A stretch of DNA of 61,341 bases, counting the filler, from Sphacelaria rigidula (Eukaryota), in the NCBI GenBank assembly GCA_964200075.2. It is 9 parts of 9 records of this genome, joined end to end, with 100 filler letters (N's around TTAATTAATTAA, not from the genome) between each part and the next. Parts side by side here need not be neighbours in the genome. Positions count along the whole stretch, not along the records: positions 34,138 to 40,863 come from CAXNAA020018395.1; positions 40,964 to 47,689 come from CAXNAA020018396.1; positions 47,790 to 54,515 come from CAXNAA020018397.1; 6 more parts are not named here. One strand, 5' to 3'. Positions 37,801 to 48,971 of the stretch are shown piece by piece. Both the position numbers and the translations under genes were made by a program. Positions within the stretch are counted from its first letter, which is position 1. The number at the start of each line of letters is the position of its first letter. Below the pieces are notes generated by a model, which did no database searches, was not told where the DNA came from, and saw only the letters and a program-made list of their open reading frames with translations.

Positions 37801-39288
37801 TACACCGAGAGCTATGGGTAATGTGTGTAGGTCGTGTAACTAGCCGACATTGGGATGATTCTGATTTAGCACTTACCGTGTTTGAGATTGATTTCGGTTC
37901 CCGTATGAAAGTCGATAATTTGGTCCCTGACGGCTTTCGCCTGATGGAGTATCACGTATATTGTCTACACACAAGAGGTACGGGTGAGAAAATTATCCTT
38001 CCAGTGAGGCTACGGTGTTTTTGCCATACTATCCCCTGAGGTTCCCAATATTAGGAACTCTTGATCTCATTCAAAAACGATTGCCTGATCATGTATCGGG
38101 GAGCGTACGACTACCTTTGTATTCCAACGGGCCAGGGGCATTTTCGCCAGACTGTACACGGAACTGTCCGGGCCAACGTTCTACTTGACGTGTGTGGTAT
38201 GCATCAGGTTTTACATGACGGTATGTCTATTTCATCATGTGAATTGCTATGATACACTTCCTTTATCCTGTCTCATTGCGTGTGCATCACCGTCGTGGCA
38301 TGACGACGAAAAGTAGTTTTTCGAAGGTCGTCCACAAAGGGAAGCAGGATATGGGGATTGAGGAGGTAGGTAGCATATATATATATATATATATGTCTTC
38401 TGTGATTGCAGGCGACCGATTAGGCTATATCGTGTCGTATCAAAATACAGTGTCCATTTCGTGGCTCACCGATGTTTTCTTTTATTACTACGTTCCGCAC
38501 CTTTCCTTTTCCTTTCGTTGTTGCTTGTGGTGGCGTTGGGACATTGTCTTGATCCTCGCCCAGGAGGCGTCGCATCAGAGCATCGATGATGGGCGCGTCC
38601 CTTTTTATAGCCCATGCGTACACGAGCGTGGAGAATGCTGACCCCTTGAAATGAGCTGAGTGACCAGATAGCAGGTGCTCGGTCACGTGTTCGTTAACCT
38701 TAACTTGCATTTTCCTCACCGTTTTCTTTTCCTTGTCCGTCACATCATCGCCCGCGGGGTACATGACACCTCGCTAGCCAGACCCTAGCGCCTCATCAGC
38801 ATGTGGTGTGGGATTGTGGTGGTCGACATACACTTGTCGAACGAACGACGCTGCCCGATCGACCAGTGCATACAGGCCCGGCTTCTGTATACCCCATGCG
38901 TCACGTACGATTGAGCGCGATGGCATATACATGACGAAGTCAATACTTGTTTGTTACATGTGTGAGGATTACAAGTATATATAAATATATGTTGGTGTGT
39001 ATTTGGAGGGCGTGTGAGCAGGAACCTGATTGTAGGAGTTCGTAATGTCACGAACGTGTGGCCTCACTAATAATGTGTGAATTCCGTGTTTGTTGACGGT
39101 CTCATACGTGTCAGTGCATTGGCTCGTGATGATTCTCTTATAGGATTGATTGGGGCAGGGGTTCCATATTTTAGGAACCGTATGTCAAGGCGGGTGTCGT
39201 GACATACTCTTTCTATTCCGCTATGCCATCTCGCTTTCTCCAAATCTGCAGGCAGATCGGGGAAACGAGAACCAAGCGAGGTACCGTT
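34833..39288 (-). pseudogene. Spliced orphan gene of ~850 codons with inactivating lesions; exons 39208-39288, 38501-38884, 36215-37632, 35783-35899, 35440-35613, 34833-35229
   Basis: All junctions are GT-AG and phase-compatible (0,0,2,2,2); in-frame TAG at 38774-38776, TAA at 36400-36402, frame changes near 37130 and 36585; family not recognised. Confidence 0.65.
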
Positions 39289-40863
39289 CTGACATGTGAG
39301 GTTATGTGTTGTATACATACATGGTCCATGACGAGGAAACGCTTCTCGTTTTTTTTTTCATTCAGTCGCGGCAATGTGCAGACTCGGCACAGCGCATCAC
39401 GGATATCGTGTTCTCCGGTGGCCTTGGTGGATCACCTCTGCCAAACCTCCCACGGTTAGGACAAATAAACTCAGGTTCGACTAAAAGTCATGGGATAAGA
39501 CGACTAGCGCGTACAGTTCGTCGAGAACCCTCACATGTATACAGACAACTTCTGCTTAATAAACTCAGGTGTGCAGGGCATGTGCATGCATCCCATGCGC
39601 TAGTCGTTCCAGGTGACCGCCCCTCACCTGTTGGTCACCTGCGGGTTCGTGCAGGATTTTAGACTTCATAGAGGTGGAAACTTCTGAATTCATGGGCTCT
39701 GTACCATGGGCACGTTACTCTCATCTGTGAGTCGTGGATCGTTGACCTGCACTGTATGCTATCTTGGTTCTCATTCATCTTCTGTTCACTGCGGGACCAA
39801 GAGTTGGCCATATGGTTGAATTCTGCCATCTCATGTTCGTGGGCCCTGGATACGTACTTCGAACTATGTAAATGCCACAATAAATTGACAGGTGGAGTGA
39901 CATGACATGGCCGTCCAGGACCGTTGTCCTGGCCGGGGTTACACAGTTAGAGTCAGAACCGTTACAATGGCTGAAAATGATGCCGATTCACAAAAACAAA
40001 ATTCAGCACTCCCTGAGGGTACAGTTCCCCAACGGTTAACAAACTCAGGTTCGACTAAAAGTCATCGGGTTAGGGTTAAAACCCAGGTTCGCTCGATGTA
40101 CTATGAGAGCACGACGAGTTGGATATTTTGGCGAACGCGGCGGAAGCCGGTCTCACGGCAGCTTAGGGCGGACACATCCGTGTCAGCTGCTCGAACAGCT
40201 TCGCACGGGGTTTTTACAAAAGGACAATGGGTTTTGGCTGCGTATCTCTGCGGAGATGGTTGTATTTTGAACTGCACTGCACTGCTGTATCATCATGACG
40301 AACGTTGCTGTACTCTTCTAGTCTGTTGTCGCTGTACTCGCAGTGTGATGTAAGACTGCTGTACAACCCAACTCCGCTCGCGCAGTGTTCGTTCACTGCT
40401 CTCGCAGTACTGACTTTGTCATGTGTCGTACTGCCACACTGAGACTGTAATATATCATGTTGTGCCGAATGATGAAGTGTCCTGCGCTTTCAGATTCCCC
40501 CCCGCATCGTGGGCGTATTTTTACAGCTTCACCTCCATACCCTGCTGAGGGATCTCAGAGTTTCAGTAGTGTCGAGTAATTAGAGGAGGCATTCCCGGCC
40601 TCGTGGATGGGCCTGTCGGAACTGAACCGATTCATCCACAACCTGACCGCTTTCATTGTCAATTGTATTTCGTCTCTCCATCTTACGCAAACCGCGATTA
40701 ACGTCGACAACGCTGCCAAATTTGTTTCAAGCGAGTGGAAAGTTGAGGTCAGACAGTTTATAAATGACTATTGTGAGGCAATATTTCGGGCTCAATTACC
40801 CCTACGAAGCGATTCCCTTGATTTCGATGAAGGACTACTATGTTTTTGTGTATATACATCACC

Positions 40864-40963
40864 NNNNNNNNNNNNNNNNNNNNNNNNNNNNNNNNNNNNN
40901 NNNNNNNTTAATTAATTAANNNNNNNNNNNNNNNNNNNNNNNNNNNNNNNNNNNNNNNNNNNN
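40864..40963. other. Artificial contig linker
   Basis: N44-TTAATTAATTAA-N44. Confidence 0.99.
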
Positions 40964-41335
40964 AGGGATGCGTGGTCAATGGTCAAACGACTAAGGCAAG
41001 CAACAAATGAGTACGCCCCCCCTCACCAGCCGGGGGGGGGGCGATGGTGGCGCGGCTTCGCCGCGCCACCAGATACAGGATCCTGACTGGCTTCGCCAGT
41101 ACCCAGCCCTACCGTCTCGGCTTTGTAAGGATGCGAGGTCAATGACCATATGATAATGGCATGCAAGATCATGGATACACCCCCTTCCCCTCCACCGTGA
41201 GCTCCGTCTCGAAAAGGACGCGTGGTCAGTTGTCAAATGACCGATGCAATCAATAAAGGAGTCGCCCCCCCGCGTGGTCAATGGTCAAACGACTAAGGCA
41301 AGCAACAAATGAATACGCCCCCCCCCTCCCCCGCG
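40964..41335 (+). mobile_element. Stack of four same-orientation retroelement 3' ends (LINE, family A variant, LINE, LINE), each followed by a C-run
   Basis: Tails end near 41016, 41179, 41264 and 41316. Confidence 0.85.
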
Positions 41336-41831
41336 CGCGTGCTGCAGGTAGACCCCTTCGTTCGCTGTACTATCGTTCCTTTACTCATGTAGCATCTATG
41401 GTAGGTTTATGGCAGGAGTTTTTTTTCAGTTTGTTTTCCTTGTATATCAAGTCCAGATACGTCAGTGTACAGTAGAATGTAGATAAGGTGCTTCACTTCA
41501 TTTGTCTTTCCATCTGTTGATGTTCGAACGTTCGGGAGCGAGCGATATTCCTCCGTTTATTTGAGCACAAACAGCACGGTTATGTGTGTGTGAGCGCGCG
41601 TATGTCTATGTGTCTCATGTGTCTCATGTGTGCGTGTGTTCATGTTCGTTGTTCTCGTGGTATGCTATACCGCTCTCTCAACCATGAACCCACCAAGCAA
41701 ATGCCAACGGCAGCAGCAGCAGCAACAACAACACTCTCTCGTGTGGTTCTCGCTTGTTTGCCTGTATGCATGATGCCATCCGTCTCTATTTATTTCCTCT
41801 TCACGTCCCGTCACATTCCATCCATCTGCAG

Positions 41832-41957
41832 TGTATCGACCAGTGGTTCGACGGCCCCAATCACGCGTGGTGTCCTCTTTGCAAGCAAGAGATTGTATCG
41901 AGCACTCATGCGGCCGGAGGAGGAAGGGGCAACGACCCACGCCCTGTTGCTTGGTGA
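41832..41957 (+). CDS. Terminal exon with the C-terminal half of a RING-H2 finger (E3 ubiquitin ligase)
   Basis: CTGCAG acceptor; CIDQWFDGPNHAWCPLCKQEI fits C-I-x-x-W...C-P-x-C; ends TGA. Confidence 0.85.
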   Translation, partial: CIDQWFDGPNHAWCPLCKQEIVSSTHAAGGGRGNDPRPVAW

Positions 41958-43624
41958 AGGATCTCTCCAGCGGTGACTATTCGCCGTGCTGCCCTGTTGT
42001 GCGTGCGTGCGTCGCTATCCCTGTCCATAAACCACGTATATGCATATACGATACCTCGGGCGGGGCAAAGAGAAATAAGGTCTGTATATTTTTAGTTCGG
42101 GAGATGTATGGAAGAGAAACCTGTTGTGCTCGGGGATACTGAGAAAATAAATGTGAACGTAATTTTTGGATATGAAGCGTTCGAGGTTGCTGGATGAGCG
42201 AAGAGATTACGGCAAATATATATATACATACATATATACATATATGTATGTGTATGCCTGTAATGTGCACCGCCGCTCCTTTTTTTTTTCTTTTCATTCG
42301 TTGCTGTTGCTTTTTCTTCTTTATTTTGTTTTTTACGTCGGAACATGGTTGTTTTTGAGGAGTTGATCCACTTCGTATGCTTCGTAGGGTTGCTGTCGTT
42401 TCTATTCGTTTCCTCCGCGTATATTAGTTTCAGTATGGAACGCATAGGCACACAATTGATAGTGGCATATATGCTAGATTAGTACAGACGTAATATATAA
42501 GATGCATGTATATATATATATATATATCCATAGTAGGATCTGAGGCGTATGCAGACGGAAGGAGGACGCGTTTAGTGCTGCTGCGGTATCGCGGCCACGA
42601 ACACGTTTTTTTTTGCCAGACATAAAATTGCAGGCTACTTTTATGTCTCTCTATGTACTCAGATGTGTGTTCTTTTTATTGTTGGGCGATTCATGTTTTG
42701 AGAGCAGTACCCTGTTTGTTGTTTACTACCGGCGGGTGATGATATGTACACGGTGGCACTGAACTGGCTGATGTGCGATATATGGTCCTTGGCGGAAACA
42801 GTTCAGTTTGCGCGGCGCACATTTTAGATCGTATTAATACGTACATGTATCGCCTCCCCCCCCCCCCCCCCCGGGTTTCCTTTTGACTTGCCAACAGAAA
42901 TGCAGCGGGGCTTCTTGTAAACCCCGGGGTCCCCCGCCATTTCTGAGACTNNNNNNNNNNTGGTCCTTGGGGGAAAAAGTTCAGTTTGCGCGGCGCACAT
43001 TTTAGATCGTATTAATACGTACATGTATCGCCCCCCCCCCCCCCCCCGGTGTTCCATTGTAGCTTGCAAGCAGAAGTACAGCGGGCTTTCTTGAAAACCT
43101 CGGGATCACCTGCCATTGCTGAAACTTTGAACACCATGTACGGTCTATTGGAGGGGGGGGGGGGGGCGTCCTCATCTGGGGTGTGTGTGTGTGTGGAAGT
43201 ATCATGGGCAGGGCAGATGAATGAATACCGTCAAAAAGGTGCATGTGCGTGTGTCAAGGTGGTCATTTTCCGTGTACTGCGCAACATCATGGCCTCACGA
43301 TATCTTGACGTTTTCCCCCGAGATTTGGGTCATGACTCGCCGAGGAAGCGGTTCCGAGGAGTTGTCTTGCAGTAAGCTTCATGATTTGGCCGTTATCTTG
43401 CGTGTTTTTGCGTGGTTGTGTTTTCGTATTTTGTTGGTTTCAATATCTTTCCCCCCCCCACCATCCCCGCTCGCTTCACAGGGTTAGGGATAAGCATTTT
43501 TTAATCTCCCCTGTAAGCTGTTTGAGATATTTACTCGAGGGGCATATTTTTTCGCACGTTGAGATCAATCAAGTCACGAACGATTGTTGTTGAGGTGGCA
43601 TGCTCGGCGTAGATTTATTTTGCT

Positions 43625-43848
43625 TGAAGAACGTAGGAAAACTCATCCAATATTTACCCCGCTAACAGATTCCTGTGCCGATTATCCGGAGGCTCGGTGA
43701 AATCACTGTGTGGCGGTCATATGGGATAGGCGCTTCGAGCGTCCGCAAAGCTTTGCTCAAGACTGCGAGTGGGGGAGTTGAACTCACTGTAACCCCCCGT
43801 TAACTTGGCATAGTGCAAAAGCCGCCCTACTCTCATGAGCTTTGGCCC
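43625..43848 (-). mobile_element. tRNA-derived SINE family F
   Basis: Colinear with 4277-4505 and 16520-16730. Confidence 0.7.
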
Positions 43849-46800
43849 TAGATGCATGGCGTAGATGCGACTCAAGATGGCTTGTGCTTGTTTCGTAGGA
43901 GTGAAGAGTTTACGGTTCAGACGCGTGATTGCTCAAAAGAGAGAAAAAAAGTTTACCGTGTCGGTCAAGAAATTCTCCACACAATATTTTCGCCATTCCA
44001 CGTCCCTGGGCTGCAATGCTGAAGAACAAAGCTAAAGGATTGATTCGTACGGTATGAATCAATCACACTGAAATCAAGTAATTCCCAGACGAATCGTTAG
44101 TTCGTCCGACCCTTGGAAGGGTTTCAAGTTTGTCGTTTGCTCTAGAGGGGGGGGGGGGGCGATAAACGGCGACGCCTTTTCATGGTGTGAGATTTTTGTC
44201 CACCAAGGGTGGAGGAGTGAGTGGGATGTTGACTGGCCGTGGTGACATTTCATGTGTATCCCCATTGAGCACTCGATACCGGATTCGGACCCTCGTTGGG
44301 AAGGAAGCGTTGTGTCGTGTGTCTGTCGTCTGGGTATATCTTTTTCGCCTGGGCACGTTTTTTTTTTGCCGCAAATATCATGCAGTGGGGCGTCCTTCAG
44401 CTATTTCGACTTTTGCTTCGCGTATCACCACGTCTTGTGAGGTGAGCCCAGATGTTGCTTGTGCGGCAGGCAGGTAGCGGCCTTGGGGAGGTGTTTTGGC
44501 CATGGGCATTGCCAGCGGAGGTTGTCGCTGTTACTGCTGTTGCTGCTGCTGTTGTCGTTGCCGCTTTTGTCAAAGTACACGGCCACACATCTTAAACAGT
44601 TAGTTTCGGAAGCCCGATCCCCCCCCCCCCTCCCTCCCCCCCCTCCCTTTTGTGCAACTCCAGCGTGAAACTTTGGTCCCAGTGTGAATGAATATCTGAC
44701 AAACTGCGAGAATTTCGGATGCCATTTTTTTAATCACACACAAGCACAACCCAAGTCGAAAATGAAAGCGATCGCCATGCTGAGGAAACAAGAAGCTGAT
44801 TGCGGAACGGTCGAGTCAGCTCTGATGAGTATTCGCGCCCATGACAGTAGTGGGACATCGTTCTACTCTCGAAAGTGGCCATTGATATTTTGCCAGGGCT
44901 GGGGCATGACTTTTACCTGCCCATCACGGCGAGAATTATATATTTTTCCGACATGAAAGTGCTGCACATGCGCAGGCAGCGTTGTGAATGATGACCTTTG
45001 TATATATATGTTGGTGAATATGTCGGGTGCAACGTGTGACGGGTTAGGAGTGGTGCCATGCATGTACCTCGCGTGTTTTAAAAGACAAAACGCTACAATC
45101 CTCTATATATGACAGAGAGAGTGAGAGGTACTTTTGTACCGTTTTCCGTGTGTTCGTTCTTTCGTGTAGTACGATAAAAACTTTCTCTTGTGTTTCTTGC
45201 TCTCCGCGCGGTTTCACCTTCATGTACTGACTGTACAGCTGGGTTTCTGCTGGAGGGGGGGGGTATTTATTTCGTGATTTTTGTCCCATATATGTGTCTG
45301 CCCCACCGTACGGATGCATTTGTTCTGTGCGTGTGTTCCGTGTGCTGGGGAGGTACACTCGACGCAAGTCTCGATCTCATGCAGGAGCAGGGGGAGCTCT
45401 TTCGGTTGTGCTGCGTATATGTTGTATGTGCGTGCCACCGTCCAGAGTGAGTCCTTGATTATCGTGGCACACGCGATGGTTTTGTGTGTGTATCTTCGCC
45501 CCCCCGTGACGTTTCAGGCTTCGTTCGCTTTATCCGTTCGCTTTATCCGTTTCATGCGTGTACTGTGATCAGGCTTTTGCTTGTACGCATTGGCTTTTGA
45601 ACTTTTTCTGGAAGCTCTAACGTTAAGCTGCTACGTACGTTGCGGAGAAAAAAAAAGAGTATAAGATTGTTTTCGGCGCTTACAGTCAGTAGAGAGGACA
45701 AGCCTTCGACGGGACATCGTATGATTCATTCTCTAGTTTAGTAGGAGAGGTTGGAGACCTCGAGTATGCGGTAAACGTTGATCGTCATTACGGGGTGGGT
45801 CCTTCACAGAGAGAGGAGCTGCTCGGCTGTAGTGTCGTGGGGCTTGACTGCGTTTAATCTCAGCCGGCGATATTGCTAAGAAAATCACGTCGTTCAGGTT
45901 AATTAATTTACCGTTTGACCTTGACTACAGATTGGCTCGTCTGACACTTTTATTCACTTTTCATGATGAAATGGTTGTTTGACAGATGATCCGCGCCGGT
46001 GGTCAACAAGAGGATTGAGAATGAGGTTCATGATGCGGATCTACGCTACAGGCTTCGCAGATTCAAAGATGAGATACATGAGGCCTTCGCGGTTCTTTTT
46101 TGCTTGTTGTTTTCACCTCGTTCAGATGGAGGGTCTCCTTAAGCTCACCACGAGGAAAGTCATCGTGTTCCGATAAAAATCACGATTCCCCTTACTGGAC
46201 TCGGTCATCCTACGATAGGGGGGGAAGGGAGATTTGAGCGATTTCTTCCACGAAATTCCACTTCAAGTTGTCGCTGAAGCGTTGGGTTCGGTCATCCGTT
46301 CGAGGATACATACGAATTACTTCATTAAACGTTTCTGAAATTTGCATAGTAGAGCGATCGGTATAGAACAAAGCTGAAGTGGACCCGTTTATGTTCGAAA
46401 TTGTTTTTTTCTCCTAGAAAACGTTTTGCGATTGGGAAAGGGTCAGTTTCATTCGAAGAAAATTCTCTCGGAGACTAGCAGTGTTTCTCAGAGCTTGCAA
46501 AAGCTGTAGTATCGTTCCAATTCCAATTGTAGAAAGTGAATTTGGTTTCTGCTGCGGGTAAAAATTCGACTAACCGGTTTTTTGCGACAGGATTTCCGCG
46601 ACTCGATTCTTGCGACATTGTTTTTGTCAGATTTTTTCACTCTAAAACCCCTATTGATTCCGTTTTGGGGGGGATAACGTTGTCAAACAGACACCAAACG
46701 CATCCTGCTCCAAGGAGCAGCTGGACACACAGCAGTTGCTGCTGCCTACCTGATATCATCCTCCAGATCGAAGTCTTGGGTGAGAACGCCCAGCGTTTGG

Positions 46801-47689
46801 TACCCATGTACAAAGATGATCTACATCTAGTATCATGCTCCAAAACGACGAAGGGGGCAACATCCCTGTACAGACGGTAGCAATGCTAGCGGATCTTACG
46901 TTCTGACAGTCTGGCAGCCGGCAAGTGGGTTATATGGTGTCCTTTTAGCGATATCAACTTACAGTGCACAGGAGCAGAGTTCGCAAGTGAATATTTCGGC
47001 GATTGCCTCACCTGCAGTTCGCCCAGATGTTGCGGATTTTTTTCACGATATCACTGAGTAACATCACGTACATTTACATGCGGAAATGTACCAGACCTTC
47101 CGTTACATTATCAGTGGAGATGTACCAGACCCTGCATTCTATATGGAAATGTACCCAACCATGGACAAAGATCAAAGTTTTCTACAGTCAGTACGAACAC
47201 GATGTTAGAAGTGTACTGCGCACAGTCAGTGTGCTGTGTGTGTTGTCGTCCCATCTATTCTGGATGCCGGTCTCCACCTTCCGGTACATGTGGGCGCACC
47301 AGCCGCGGCTGTGTTACCATACAGCTTCGCCCAAGATACAGGCAGCCATTACAGCGGCGGAGGCTGCCTTTCACCCCTGTGTGCGCGACCTGGGGCAAAC
47401 GCACGCTGTAGCTGCAAAACGAACAGTTAAAAAATGTGACGCAGCGATATAGCTCGTAGCGAGGGGTGATATCCTGTGTACACGTTGGCCGCAGATACTG
47501 TACAAGCGGCTGCATTCATGATGTGACGAACTGCATAGGACAACACGAAACTGATGCAGGACTGGGAGAGGCTAAGGATGTCACGTCCTGCGGTGTGCTC
47601 TGTCACCCTGTATCCTGCCGCTGTGCAGTGAGCAGGTAGTACCGCCGAACGCGTCACGCTGCGGTTGGTACGCAGTGTCGGCTCCACAC

Positions 47690-47789
47690 NNNNNNNNNNN
47701 NNNNNNNNNNNNNNNNNNNNNNNNNNNNNNNNNTTAATTAATTAANNNNNNNNNNNNNNNNNNNNNNNNNNNNNNNNNNNNNNNNNNNN
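47690..47789. other. Artificial contig linker
   Basis: N44-TTAATTAATTAA-N44. Confidence 0.99.
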
Positions 47790-48243
47790 AACTGCGATTC
47801 CGGGTGGGGGACCTGGATCTGCCAGAAAGAAGAAAGAGATATACCAGTCGTCGAAAGGAGGAGGAAGTAGATGAACAGAACTGGCCCTGTGGCAAAGGAA
47901 TGGAGAGCAGAAGTCATATAGTGGTAGGATATGAACTATACAAGGAGGAACGAGACGTGGTAGAGAGGGAAATGCAGGACGTAAAAGAAAATAGTATGAA
48001 ATCGTTTGATGCAGTAGACAGTAGGGAGAAAACGATGGCTACACCAGGAGATAGAGAGTGGCCACAGACGGCGAGACAGGACGAGGATAAGATATGCAAA
48101 AGGTCTTTGTATAATGTATGGAAGAAACGTAATGAGCGCCGAAATGTTGAAGGTGTCTCTAATAGGAGTAGAAACGGTACTCCGTCTCGAAAGGGATGCG
48201 TGGTCAATGGTCCGACGACTGAGGCAACCAACAAATGAGTACG
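47790..48243 (+). mobile_element. LINE (non-LTR retrotransposon) ORF2 C-terminus and 3' end, with degenerate CCHC zinc knuckle
   Basis: LRFRVGDLDLPERRKRY...NWPCGKGMESRSHIVVGYELYKEER...RKGCVVNGPTTEATNK*; L-R-x-x-x-G...C-x-C...E-x-x-x-H-x-x-x-x-C layout typical of post-RT LINE domains, with two Cys apparently mutated; its 3' 60 nt recur 8 times in the window. Confidence 0.8.
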
Positions 48244-48715
48244 CCCACCCCCCTCCCAATCGGCATGCATGATCATGAGTACACCCCCCTCCCAATCGGC
48301 GAAGCCTAACCGATTGCTGAGGCACAAATATTACGAAAAGTTGATAAATATGATGTGGGAAAATGCACACGAGGCAATCCCGAACAAATATTGTTTCTTT
48401 AAGCGTTTTAGGCGACGGTTCAGGGGTTCCTTGGGCGAATCAAAAACGACGTTTGATTTGGTTCAGGTTTCAGATGAACAAGCGACGTGGGCACTTTACA
48501 CGGATCGCGCCTATCTTATAGTGCAGGTAGAGGGCGCGCATGGCCGTAAAGTATACTGCTACATTCACAAGATTAATCCAGCCTTGCCCCTGAAGCATCG
48601 AACGGGTAATCGAGTTCGTCCTTCTTCATGTCGTCGAGGACCAGTATCCCCTTACCGGACTCACGTAAATACTCGACGAGGTTCTGCCCGTCGCCGCTCT
48701 ACCGGGTCAGCCTCC

Positions 48716-48971
48716 GAGTGATGCTACGGTAGGGGTGCACAAATATCTCCTGAAGTTCAAATTATTAGGAGCCCTCTATCTCATCCAAAACACGACTTAT
48801 GAAATATGTGAGAGCACGCCAGGGTTACTATTCCAATGTGCTAGAGATCTCCCGGATGAGGTTGCAAACGGGGATGCCCTTATCCATATTCTTGCGCATC
48901 TAGGATCGTTAGGAGCCGCTGAACCAGACAAGATTTTGCGCAAAAAATGCACCCCTACCGTAACATTGCTC
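48716..48971. mobile_element. Sola-like MITE family H
   Basis: GAGTGATGCTACGGTAGGGGTGCA...TGCACCCCTACCGTAACATTGCTC; perfect 4-bp TSD CTCC. Confidence 0.85.

Noticed and set aside
42780..43110. Apparent direct duplication around a 10-N gap (same pattern at 11290-11510 and 15290-15480)
   Set aside because: Overlapping low-quality contig ends that degrade after G/C homopolymers; not biological duplications.
43050..46820. Possible minus-strand exons 46750-46820 (IIFVHGYQTLGVLTQDFDLEDDIR) and one starting at 43144 (PYMVFKVSAMA...)
   Set aside because: Splice phases fit but the pieces are short and no family was recognised; needs RNA-seq before it can be called.
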